Shown: piece by piece, positions 27,492-36,149 of the stretch | Layout: each line of letters opens with the position of its first letter | Position numbering within the stretch: position 1 is the first letter of the stretch | Source: Candidatus Micrarchaeota archaeon | GTDB taxonomy: Archaea > Micrarchaeota > Micrarchaeia > Micrarchaeales > CABMGC01 | DNA: 64,000 nt | Assembly: GCA_021817325.1 (NCBI GenBank) | Contig: JAKAVK010000022.1 | Coordinates: forward strand, 65,077-129,076 | Reading direction: 5' to 3' | Notes under the pieces: model-generated | What the model saw: only the letters and a program-made list of their open reading frames with translations | What the model was told of the DNA's origin: nothing | Databases searched by the model: none | Translations under genes and position numbers: made by a program

Positions 27492-27830
27492 TCACGTCTT
27501 TTGCAGCTGCAGGTATAGGTCTAGCAGGTGTTCGTGTGCTTTTTCTGAGCCGGTGAGTATGAAGGTGTTTGCGGCCTGCTCTAATTCGCCCGCCTTGGCG
27601 ACAGGTAACTTTTCTATGCGCTCTGCTGTGAGCTCAGGATCCAGGCACATCATCCCTGCAAGGTAACTTGCCAGATACCGCCCCGTCTCAATTGGTTTTG
27701 GCTGCTCTTTTGCAGGCGCACGCTGTACACCGACCTCCGTCCGCCTGAGCTCTGCCAGCGGCGAGGCTGCTGACACATCGAAATCACTTGAAAACCTCCC
27801 GCTAGGACGCCGCAGCTGCATGTTCTTCAC
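27492..27830 (-). CDS. Hypothetical protein
   Basis: 112-aa ORF with no motif recognised. Confidence 0.4.
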   Translation of the reverse strand: MKNMQLRRPSGRFSSDFDVSAASPLAELRRTEVGVQRAPAKEQPKPIETGRYLASYLAGMMCLDPELTAERIEKLPVAKAGELEQAANTFILTGSEKAHEHLLDLYLQLQKT

Positions 27831-27935
27831 TGGTCTTGCAATACCCTATCTCTCTGCACCTTTTATAAACTTATTCTGTGAACAGGGCGGTTGTGTGTCC
27901 TTCCTCCCTCCGCCCATACCCCGTGCCGCGCAGGA

Positions 27936-28262
27936 TCAGGAGTAGAGCCGCGTGTGGAGCTTTGCAAGGGTCGCTATCGTTCCAGATGTCCTTATAGTAT
28001 AGAAGCCTATGGGCTGGCCGTTGATCTCCTTCATGAACGCCATGGCAAGCACTACCATGTCCTCTGTGCCGCGGTTGACCCTCACCACAAATGACCTGTC
28101 CGAGTACTGCGCAACGACCTTCGGTCCCGCATCAGCATAATGCAGGTCCCCCAGGACCTTGCCCAGGCCACGCTGGAAGCCGTCGACTGTCGCCTTGTCA
28201 CCGAGATTTATCTCCCTCGAAGCCTCGACAAGCACGTACCTTATCTTCCTCCTAATTATCAT
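27936..28262 (-). CDS. rnp2: RNase P protein component 2 (Pop5/Rpp14)
   Basis: RRKIRYVLVEASREI...SFVVRVNRGTEDMVVLAMAFMKEINGQPIGFYTIRTSGTI matches the Pop5 pattern. I chose the internal Met at 28262 (MIIRRK); the ORF track extends to 28328. It overlaps the rpp30 end by 11 nt. Confidence 0.75.
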   Translation of the reverse strand: MIIRRKIRYVLVEASREINLGDKATVDGFQRGLGKVLGDLHYADAGPKVVAQYSDRSFVVRVNRGTEDMVVLAMAFMKEINGQPIGFYTIRTSGTIATLAKLHTRLYS

Positions 28263-28767
28263 ACGCGTCACCCAATGACGAGACCATCTCCCTGGACTGC
28301 GCTTCCGCGGCCCCGAGGAACCTTGCAAGTTGGATCATCTGCGCGCGTGACTGGAGCATCTCCCTGCTGCCTGCCATCGTCACTAATACAGTCTTGACGT
28401 GCGCCTTGCGCAGCTCTGCCACCATCCTGCGCAGCTTGTAGATCGTGCTTAGGCGCATGCCTGTGCCGCTGCCGCTCAGGCCCTCGGTAGAGAGCATGAC
28501 CAGCTTGCCATTCTCTCTGGCGGCCATCATTGCCTTTGCTATTAGCTCATTTCCTTCAAACATTATACCGAGGACCCTTCTCTCGCGTGTTGCCCTTATC
28601 AGCACGCCCGGGTCCCTGCTAACTATCACCATCTTCCTTCTGGGATCTCCGGACAGGCTGCCGGACACATCTATATCCTTACCTGCCACGAAGATGCGCC
28701 TGTATCCCAGGCGCCTGACCAGGGCCTGGTCTGCAATGTCCTTTACTATGATGTCAAAATACTGCAT
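28252..28767 (-). CDS. rnp3: RNase P protein component 3 (Rpp30), short form
   Basis: TIM-barrel-like pattern: FDIIV...LGYRRIFV...VIVSRDPGVLIRATRERRVLGIMFE...LSTIYKLRRMVAELRKAHVKTVLVTMAGS. It lies upstream of Pop5, as in the conserved archaeal arrangement. Confidence 0.7.
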   Translation of the reverse strand: MQYFDIIVKDIADQALVRRLGYRRIFVAGKDIDVSGSLSGDPRRKMVIVSRDPGVLIRATRERRVLGIMFEGNELIAKAMMAARENGKLVMLSTEGLSGSGTGMRLSTIYKLRRMVAELRKAHVKTVLVTMAGSREMLQSRAQMIQLARFLGAAEAQSREMVSSLGDAYDN

Positions 28768-28785
28768 CTGAACACTTTTTGATTG

Positions 28786-29766
28786 TCACACGAGCTTTGC
28801 CTTAATAAGCGTTTTTGCCTCCTCGACAGCCTTTGTGCAATGTGCCTTGTTTGGCCCGTATGCGCCTGCGGCGCACGGATGGCCTCCGCCGGTGCCGCCA
28901 AGCAGCTCGCCGACGTTCTGCATTATCGTACCGAGGTGCAGCGAGAGCTTAAGATCCAGCGGGGGCCGCAGCCTGGCAGATATGGATACCTCGTTTCCTA
29001 CCAGCCAGTAAAGTGCCGCGTCGGCCCCGAGCTTTATCGCGGCATCTGCAACTGCATTGGCGTGTATCTCTACCTCACCATACATCAGCAGATAGCCGTT
29101 TACCAGTTCTATCTCCGAAGAGAGCAGGTTGCTTATCAGCCTGAATTTCTCCTCTGGCTTGGAGTTGTCTGCAAACTGTTCCATCACCTCCGGATAGCTC
29201 ACGCGTGCTATTGTGAGCAGCTCTGCAACCTGCCTGAAGGTAAGCGGGGTGGAGTTCTTGAAATCGGCGGAATCAGATATGATGCCATTCAGCAGCAGCC
29301 TGGCAGCATGTGCATCAATTCCGAAGTTGAGCCTTTTCAGCAGCTCGTACACGATGCTTGACGCAGAGTTGTATCCCTCGGAATCGAAGTATATCGCGTT
29401 CTCTAGCTCCCTGGGCTTGAGATGGTGATCTATGAATATGAGCTTTGGCATAGCTTCTCTTGCGGCCTTCTTCAGCTTCCCGAGCTGCTTGGTGGTATTC
29501 GTATCAAGCACGACAAGCAGGTCGTATTCGGGGGGCAGCTTGCCCTTTATCTTCTGCCCGTTACCGCTCTCTTCAAGCATCCGTCGCGCATTGTTTGTTA
29601 TGAAATCGGGATTCACAACAGTCGCGTTGCTGAAATACCTAGACAGCGCAACCGCAGCCCCCACTCCGTCCCTGTCACCCACAGTATGGAAAGTGAGTAC
29701 GACCTTCCTGTCCCTATTATCTTTTATCAAGTCAGTGAGTCTTTCAAGGCTGATGAACTCGGTCAC
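28786..29766 (-). CDS. DHH/DHHA1 family phosphoesterase (NrnA/RecJ-like)
   Basis: The motifs are HTVGDRDGVGAAVAL (DxD), VVLDTNT, IFIDHHL (DHH) and GGTGGGHPCAAGA (DHHA1 GGGH). Length is 326 aa. Confidence 0.8.
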   Translation of the reverse strand: MTEFISLERLTDLIKDNRDRKVVLTFHTVGDRDGVGAAVALSRYFSNATVVNPDFITNNARRMLEESGNGQKIKGKLPPEYDLLVVLDTNTTKQLGKLKKAAREAMPKLIFIDHHLKPRELENAIYFDSEGYNSASSIVYELLKRLNFGIDAHAARLLLNGIISDSADFKNSTPLTFRQVAELLTIARVSYPEVMEQFADNSKPEEKFRLISNLLSSEIELVNGYLLMYGEVEIHANAVADAAIKLGADAALYWLVGNEVSISARLRPPLDLKLSLHLGTIMQNVGELLGGTGGGHPCAAGAYGPNKAHCTKAVEEAKTLIKAKLV

Positions 29767-30131
29767 ACTGCTCCGCCCTGACCCTGCTTGTAAAGCTGGG
29801 TTAGCCTGTCGCCCGCGGATTTCTCCTTGGACTTCAATTCGGTATACTGCTTGTTTGCGGACTGCATCCTGGCATCTGTCAGCTCTGCCCTGTCCTTTAT
29901 GTCGGCCAGCGCCTTCTCCTTTGTAGTCTCGACTATTACGTTGCCTATGGTCAGATACACCTTTCCGGTCGCCTTGTCGAGTTCCGCCTTGGCCCTCTCC
30001 AGGTCCGCCTTCAGGTTCTGCAACTGGTCCAGCTGCAGCGCTGCCGTTCTCATCTGTTCCTGAAGCATCTGGTAGTCCCTCACTAGCTTCTCTATGTCCT
30101 CTTCGCTTGGCTGGCTTGCATTCGTTGCCAT
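29763..30131 (-). CDS. pfdB: Prefoldin subunit beta
   Basis: Coiled-coil / beta-hairpin / coiled-coil layout: LVRDYQMLQEQMRTAALQLDQLQ...VYLTIGNVIVETTKEKA...ELKSKE. I chose the Met at 30131 (MATNASQ); the ORF track extends to 30206. Confidence 0.75.
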   Translation of the reverse strand: MATNASQPSEEDIEKLVRDYQMLQEQMRTAALQLDQLQNLKADLERAKAELDKATGKVYLTIGNVIVETTKEKALADIKDRAELTDARMQSANKQYTELKSKEKSAGDRLTQLYKQGQGGAV

Positions 30132-30242
30132 ATGATCAGCTTTTCCTAAACAGTATACGACACTGGCAAATAAATACCTTAACATTATGCCGCTCTTTTC
30201 TACCAACCTGTCTGGCAGCGGTATTGGTTTATAAATCCTTCC

Positions 30243-30575
30243 ATGGATAGGTACTGTGGTAATACAATGAAGAACGGCATGACGGGCTTTGTGGCGCTTG
30301 CGGCTGTTGCCACCTTATTGGCACTCCCGGCAGTTGGAGCGCAGTATTCTTCTGGAGCTGCGGCGGCGGTCGGTGTGGTCATAGTACTGTGGATAGTCTT
30401 TGCGATAGCGGCCTTTGTCCTGTTTATCTGGATGCTTATTGACTGCTTGCAGAATCAGAAGGATAACAAGGTGCTCTGGGTACTGATAATAGTCCTTGTT
30501 GGGCTTATCGGGCCATTGATATACTACTTTGTCGTGAAGAGGCCGCGGGACAAGCGGAGCAAGGTAGCGCAGTGA
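30243..30575 (+). CDS. Small membrane protein with a PLD-nuclease-N-like (PLDc_N) domain
   Basis: FIWMLIDCLQNQKDNKVLWVLIIVLVGLIGPLIYYFV matches the PLDc_N pattern, and an N-terminal signal or TM segment is present. Confidence 0.6.
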   Translation: MDRYCGNTMKNGMTGFVALAAVATLLALPAVGAQYSSGAAAAVGVVIVLWIVFAIAAFVLFIWMLIDCLQNQKDNKVLWVLIIVLVGLIGPLIYYFVVKRPRDKRSKVAQ

Positions 30576-30582
30576 AAAACAG

Positions 30583-30612
30583 GCCGGCTTGCGCCGGCTT
30601 GCTTTCTGGGCT
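30583..30612 (+). terminator. Possible terminator: tandem GCCGGCTTGC x2 hairpin followed by a T-rich tract
   Basis: GCCGGCTTGC occurs twice in tandem (30583..30602). The palindromic GCCGGC cores can pair across a TTGC loop. TTGCTTTCT follows, 8 nt after the stop of 30243..30575. Confidence 0.3.
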
Positions 30613-30669
30613 TAGGCTGTAGCGTGCGGGTTTTAATAGATAATGTGCGCTTTGTAATATACGCAAGTC

Positions 30670-31167
30670 ATGATACGTATTGTGACTTGTCGATGGGTTG
30701 CCATGAAGATTAACGAATCCGAACTGATACAGAAAGAGATAACGCTTAGGAATGTCAGGCTCACGAGCGAAGTGCTTGAGACACGGCGCTCATCGATAAG
30801 ATGGCTTGCGCTCTCGCTAGGGTTGCTTAACCCTGGTGAATCACGGCTCAGTGCAGTGGCGATACTGGATGCACTGGTATACTTTCAGTTCGTAAAGAAG
30901 GCCGACCCCGAGGTAAAGGAGCTTATTGAATATATTAACCGCAACTGGGAGGCTATCAACGAGAAGACGCTCAGGTATCATCTGCTGCGCATGAAGAAGA
31001 TGGGACTCATAGAGAACAGCCAGGGGAGGTTCTACTTCAAGCCGCCCAGTGTAGGAGACAGGTACGATGCGGCTGTATGGTCTTTAAATCTTTTCCAGTC
31101 AGATTATAAAGAGATAGCGCAGAAGATAGAGGAAGTAATAAAGGCAATACGGAGCAGGAGCCAGTAG
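30670..31167 (+). CDS. Hypothetical winged-helix-like protein
   Basis: EKTLRYHLLRMKKMGLIENSQGRFYF resembles a wHTH recognition helix plus wing. The true start may be MKINESE at about 30703. Confidence 0.45.
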   Translation: MIRIVTCRWVAMKINESELIQKEITLRNVRLTSEVLETRRSSIRWLALSLGLLNPGESRLSAVAILDALVYFQFVKKADPEVKELIEYINRNWEAINEKTLRYHLLRMKKMGLIENSQGRFYFKPPSVGDRYDAAVWSLNLFQSDYKEIAQKIEEVIKAIRSRSQ

Positions 31168-31180
31168 TTTGTGATGCTGA

Positions 31181-32809
31181 ATGAAGAAGGAAATTTATTT
31201 TTGGATAGTCATAGTGGCCGGTATCTTGGCCGCTGCACTTTACCTGCGTTTCTACTACGCGCCTGCGCTGAGCGTCTATGTTGGTTTCAACTCCAGCGCG
31301 TCGACGGCCCTCGGCAGCGTTTATCCCTACCAGAAGGCAGTGCTGGAGTTTGAGATAAATAATACGGGCAGTACACTCATGAGGGACGTTGGTGTCGGCA
31401 TATACGTTAACGGTAACAACACCTATGTATACGGAGTTACCGTACCCCCTGGAAAGAGTGCAAGAATCAGATACAATTACACGCCAGCGCGCAGCGGCGC
31501 CTATAACATCACGGCAGTTGTGGATCCGAACAGACTGTATGACATATCGGACAGGGCCTTTGCCTCCAGGAGCGTAACGCTCAACGTGGAGAAGGCCGCA
31601 GCCGCCGCGCCATACACGCTGATCCCCGCTAATGGCATAGTGGCCAGGGGGGCTAGCAACTACGGTATATCGGGACTGCTGCTGTCGGATTATGTGGGCG
31701 CGCAGTATAACCTGAGCATATTCAATTTCTCGAAAATAAACGGCTTGGATAATTTCATGCTTCCACTGCTGGGTGTTGCGGCAAGTGAGGTTGACAGGAT
31801 TTCTGTGGCGTACGCATTCTATGGCAACGCAACGGTGTACTCGGTCTGGATGGATGGTTATGTGACCCCCCGCCTGCTGGGCGTGGCTGCTGAGGGCAGG
31901 AACTTTAGCTTCTCTAATCTCACAGTAGGGGGGCGAAATGTCACTGAAGTGCAGATCACGCCGAACCAGACCCTGTGCGGATGGTATTCGGGAGGTTGGC
32001 TCAGGACACTTACCGTAGAAGGGCCTTACACCTGCCTCTACCTGCTGAACGGCAGCGCTGCAAACCTATCCGCCCCGATAAGCTACCAGATAAACAACAA
32101 CACCGCATTCAACGGCAGTGACGTGGTGGCCAACTACACCCGTATATATAATAACAACGCAAGCGTGGCAGGGCTGGAGCTGTTTGCGAACAGCTCCCTC
32201 ACCCTCACCTCGGTAACCACAAATGCGATACCGTACAGCGCCTGCTACGGGAGGGTGGTCACTGCGGATAATGTGAGTTATTGCTCCTCGTACATCTTCC
32301 CGGCAAATGCGGCGGAAGCTTTTGGGCCCATCTCGATGATGCGGACCACAGCATACATAGGAGGGTACAACCTTACCGCGCTTTCGCTTGTGAACACCTC
32401 TGAGTTCTCCGCTTACGTTCCCGTGAGCATAGGTATAATCAAGGGTCTTGGGATATCAGGCAACTCCGTCCCTTTCGTATCTGAGGTGAGGAATACGTGC
32501 AGTTTCAACGAGACGTTCGGCTGTTATAATCTTACGTATGGGAACAGTAGTATCAGCTTCATCGTAAGAAACCTGGACAATAGGACAGTAAGGCTGAACT
32601 CCGCGAGATGCTGGTACGGAAGCATTGGCAAGGCAACACCGCTCAATGCAAGCGTTGCAGCCAACTCGGCTGCGGAGGTGAGCACGGAGTGCTATTCCTA
32701 TGGGAACACCATAAGCGAGATCCCGCTCGGCCTTACGCTCAACCTGCAGCTCAATTACACGCTCAACAAGACCACGCATGCCACGCCTGGCAAGGCGTTT
32801 GTAATCTGA
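31181..32809 (+). CDS. N-terminally anchored surface glycoprotein with a CARDB-like domain
   Basis: N-terminal TM helix IYFWIVIVAGILAAALYL. EFEINNTGSTLMRDVGVGIYVNGNNTYVYGVTVPPGKSARIRYNYTPARSGAYNITAVVDP is CARDB-like. The sequence is dense in N-x-S/T sequons. Confidence 0.6.
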   Translation: MKKEIYFWIVIVAGILAAALYLRFYYAPALSVYVGFNSSASTALGSVYPYQKAVLEFEINNTGSTLMRDVGVGIYVNGNNTYVYGVTVPPGKSARIRYNYTPARSGAYNITAVVDPNRLYDISDRAFASRSVTLNVEKAAAAAPYTLIPANGIVARGASNYGISGLLLSDYVGAQYNLSIFNFSKINGLDNFMLPLLGVAASEVDRISVAYAFYGNATVYSVWMDGYVTPRLLGVAAEGRNFSFSNLTVGGRNVTEVQITPNQTLCGWYSGGWLRTLTVEGPYTCLYLLNGSAANLSAPISYQINNNTAFNGSDVVANYTRIYNNNASVAGLELFANSSLTLTSVTTNAIPYSACYGRVVTADNVSYCSSYIFPANAAEAFGPISMMRTTAYIGGYNLTALSLVNTSEFSAYVPVSIGIIKGLGISGNSVPFVSEVRNTCSFNETFGCYNLTYGNSSISFIVRNLDNRTVRLNSARCWYGSIGKATPLNASVAANSAAEVSTECYSYGNTISEIPLGLTLNLQLNYTLNKTTHATPGKAFVI

Positions 32810-32831
32810 GCGTGGCTTTGCGGGTGCCAGG

Positions 32832-35588
32832 ATGGAAGATCCGTATAAGTTATTCCTTGGCAAGGTAGGCTCCTTTACAGAGATACAGAGACTAGCGATA
32901 GCGCCAGTGGAGGGCGGCAAGGACTGCCTGATCATCGCGCCCACCGGCAGCGGCAAGACGGAAGCGGCAATGCTCCCCGTCCTGGCCAGGCTCCTTAAGG
33001 GCGGGAGAGGGAAAGGCATAATGGTGCTTTATATAACGCCGCTGCGCGCGTTGAACAGGGACTTGGTCAAGCGCCTGGTCTCGATGTGCGCTGAGGTCGG
33101 CCTTACGGCAGGCGTCAGGCATGGGGACACGATGGCGTCGGAGAGGAGGAAACAGCTGGCAGCTCCGCCCAACGTGCTCATAACCACCCCTGAGAGCCTG
33201 CAGAATCTGCTCCTCTCAAAGGCACTGAAGTCAGCTCTGAAGGCACTGGACACAGTCATAGTCGATGAGGTCCACGAGCTATACTACAACAAACGCGGCG
33301 CGCAGCTGTCGATCGCCCTGGAGCGCATATCCGAACTTGCCGGTGGATTCAAGCGCATTGGGATAAGCGCAACTGTTGGCGATCCGCATGCCGTGGAGCG
33401 CTTCATGTTCAATGGCAGACCGCACGAGGTTGTCCGGGCATCTACAAGAAAACAGTATAACCTTTTGGTCGAGTTCCCTGAAAAACCGGTGGCGGAGCAT
33501 GCAGACTTCAGAAAAACATACTCGCTTGATGACCAGTCCCTTGCCCGGATAGAGAGGGTGGCGGCCCTGATAGGGAGTGCGAATGCGACCATTGTCTTCG
33601 TAAATACTAGATCCGTGGCAGAGTCGCTTGGCAGCAAGCTGATAAGCTTGAACAAGGCAGAGCATTTTGGCGAAGTAGGCATACACCACAGCTCCATTGA
33701 CAAGGAGGAGAGGATACGTGTGGAGAACGCATTCAAGGATGGGAAGCTGAAGGTGATAGTGGCTACAAGCTCACTTGAATTAGGCATCGACATAGGAAGG
33801 GTCGATAGAGTGGTGCAGTACGGCTCCCCAAAGCAGGCGATAAGGCTGGTGCAGCGCATGGGGAGGGGAGGGCATAGGGAGAAGGTCTCGGTAAGCGGCA
33901 ATATCATAGTTGCAAGCACTATTGATGCGATAGAGGCCGCTGTGATATCAAAATTCGCTTCTGAAGGCACTCTGGAGAAGCCGGCAATAGAATATGGGGC
34001 CCTCGATGTGCTCGTCAACCAGATATGCGCAATGGCAGTCGAACACAGAAGCATAAGCGCTGAAAGGATCTTTGACATAGTGAGGAAGGCAGCGCCTTAT
34101 GCGGGGCTTGAGAGAAGCACCTTCGACAGGCTGCTTCTTTTTGCCGCTGATGCAAGGCTGGTCAGCATCAGGGAAGGCATGGTGGGCATGGGAGGCAGGG
34201 GCCTTGAGTACTTTATAAGCAACATCAGCGTGATACCAGATAATGCCCGTTTCTTAGTGAAGAACATAATAACCAATAAAGTAGTCTCGACACTCGACGA
34301 GAAATTTGTCTACAACTACATTGACAGCGGTTCGTCGTTCATAACAAGGGGAATCCCGTGGAAGGTTGTGAGCATCGATGAGGAAGCGATATTCGTTGAA
34401 CCAAGCCGCGATGTGGAAGCTGCGATCCCAGACTGGGACGGGGAGGATATACCGGTTTCCAGGCAGGTGGCGCGGGAGGTTTTCCTGAGGTTGGCTGGTG
34501 CTGATGACATCGGCAGATTTCTTGACGATGCTGCACGCGGGAAGGTCGCTGCATTCATCTCAAAGCAGCACGGCTTCTTCGCGCCTGATGCCGGCAAGCT
34601 GTTCGTAGAAGACCTGGACGACTACACACTCATATACGCTCCACTCGGCAAGCTGGCCAACGAATTCCTGGCAAAGATCGTAGGCGCAGTGCTGTATTCC
34701 GAGGTAGGCGGAGGCATCAGCATACGCGCCACACCTTATGCGATCATTGTCAGCTATGAGAACACCGCCAGGAGGGCGGATATGAGGAGGGTTCTTGCCG
34801 CTGTGGCAAATTTCGACTTTTACAAGAAAAACGACCTGATAATGGGGTCCGAGCTCTTCAGGTATAAATTCGTGCAGGTGGCCAAGCTCTTCGGCATCGT
34901 GGAGAAGAAGGCGACAATAACCAAGTCAGGGGCAACAAAACTGATAAGCTTCTACAGGGACTCGCCGGTTGCAGAGGAGGCAATGCGCGAGCTGGGCAAG
35001 AACTATTTTGATATGGAGGCCGTCTCAAGCTTCATAGGCGGCATAAAGAGGGGCGAGATACAAATTGAAGAGTTCAGGTCCAATGGCTCCCCGATTTCTG
35101 AGGAGATACTCAGGGCCGCTTACCACTACAAGGAGCTCCTGATGCCCAGCGCCCCAGATGAGACCGATGTAGCTAATTTCAAGCGGAAGTTTGGCGAGAA
35201 GGAGATACGTCTGCTATGCACATTCTGCGGATTCTCCTTTGTGCAGGAGGTAGGGGTTGAGGGCGACTCGTCATTCGCATGCAGGAGATGCAAGAGCCCG
35301 ATGCTGGCGATGTACAGTGATGAATACAACGACGTCCTCGCAAAAAGGCTTTCTGGAGGAAGGCTGACTAGGAAAGAGAGCACCTTATACTATGAGATGG
35401 TTGGAGAAGCTGGCCTGATATCCGCGTATGGTAACCGGGCGGTGATCGCGCTTGCGACATATGGGATCGGCAGGTCTACCGCTGCCAGGCTGCTCAAGTA
35501 CATGAGGAAGGACTACAAGGAGTTCTATTTTGACCTTATAGAAGCGCAGAAGAACTTCGTGAGGACTAAGAAATTCTGGAAAGCTTAG
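32832..35588 (+). CDS. lhr: Lhr-family DEAD/DEAH-box helicase
   Basis: APTGSGKTEAA (motif I), DEVHE (motif II), SAT, and VATSSLELGIDIG...QRMGRGGH (motif VI). A long C-terminal domain carries a CxxC...CxxC zinc ribbon. Length is 918 aa. Confidence 0.8.
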   Translation: MEDPYKLFLGKVGSFTEIQRLAIAPVEGGKDCLIIAPTGSGKTEAAMLPVLARLLKGGRGKGIMVLYITPLRALNRDLVKRLVSMCAEVGLTAGVRHGDTMASERRKQLAAPPNVLITTPESLQNLLLSKALKSALKALDTVIVDEVHELYYNKRGAQLSIALERISELAGGFKRIGISATVGDPHAVERFMFNGRPHEVVRASTRKQYNLLVEFPEKPVAEHADFRKTYSLDDQSLARIERVAALIGSANATIVFVNTRSVAESLGSKLISLNKAEHFGEVGIHHSSIDKEERIRVENAFKDGKLKVIVATSSLELGIDIGRVDRVVQYGSPKQAIRLVQRMGRGGHREKVSVSGNIIVASTIDAIEAAVISKFASEGTLEKPAIEYGALDVLVNQICAMAVEHRSISAERIFDIVRKAAPYAGLERSTFDRLLLFAADARLVSIREGMVGMGGRGLEYFISNISVIPDNARFLVKNIITNKVVSTLDEKFVYNYIDSGSSFITRGIPWKVVSIDEEAIFVEPSRDVEAAIPDWDGEDIPVSRQVAREVFLRLAGADDIGRFLDDAARGKVAAFISKQHGFFAPDAGKLFVEDLDDYTLIYAPLGKLANEFLAKIVGAVLYSEVGGGISIRATPYAIIVSYENTARRADMRRVLAAVANFDFYKKNDLIMGSELFRYKFVQVAKLFGIVEKKATITKSGATKLISFYRDSPVAEEAMRELGKNYFDMEAVSSFIGGIKRGEIQIEEFRSNGSPISEEILRAAYHYKELLMPSAPDETDVANFKRKFGEKEIRLLCTFCGFSFVQEVGVEGDSSFACRRCKSPMLAMYSDEYNDVLAKRLSGGRLTRKESTLYYEMVGEAGLISAYGNRAVIALATYGIGRSTAARLLKYMRKDYKEFYFDLIEAQKNFVRTKKFWKA

Positions 35589-35594
35589 GGAAGG

Positions 35595-36149
35595 CTATCT
35601 CGCCTCCTTCAGTATATTGCTTATCATCTCTACTTCCTCGCCGACATCCATCTTTGCTGAATTTAAGACAACATGGTATTGCTTTGGGTTCCGGTAGTCT
35701 ACGCCTAGAAGGTCGTACCCCATCTTCAGCTCCGCCTTTTCCCTTTCCTGCAACTTCTTCTTGACCTCGTTTATACGCATGCCGGCATAATCACCGCGCT
35801 TTGATGCCCGCTTGGCCCTAGTGTCGATATCGGCTTCTAAAAAGACCTTAAGGCACTTCGAAGAATTGATATGCGACACGTATCTCAAGTCGCCTATTGC
35901 GTTGCTGTTCTCGAGAATCACCTTAATATGGTGATTCACGCTCCTATTCTCCTCGAGTGAGGTTGAGCCCCAATATTCGTCAAATGGCACCTCCTTTTGT
36001 GGATACTGTTGGGCATACTTTATGCGCCACAACCCACCTGCGGATCGCACTGGCCAGCCCAGCTTCTCGCTCAGCCCCTTAGCAAGGGAGCTCTTTCCAG
36101 AAGCCGGGCTTCCTGAAAGGGCTATGCTCCGATATGTGTAAAAGTACAT
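35595..36149 (-). CDS. cmk: Cytidylate kinase-like P-loop kinase (archaeal type)
   Basis: P-loop LSGSPASGKSS. VFLEADIDTRAKRASKR...YRNPKQYHVVLNS resembles archaeal CMP kinases. Confidence 0.55.
   Translation of the reverse strand: MYFYTYRSIALSGSPASGKSSLAKGLSEKLGWPVRSAGGLWRIKYAQQYPQKEVPFDEYWGSTSLEENRSVNHHIKVILENSNAIGDLRYVSHINSSKCLKVFLEADIDTRAKRASKRGDYAGMRINEVKKKLQEREKAELKMGYDLLGVDYRNPKQYHVVLNSAKMDVGEEVEMISNILKEAR

Noticed and set aside
33284-34078. 264-aa minus-strand ORF inside the Lhr helicase gene
   Set aside because: The helicase motifs I, II and VI are unambiguous on the plus strand.
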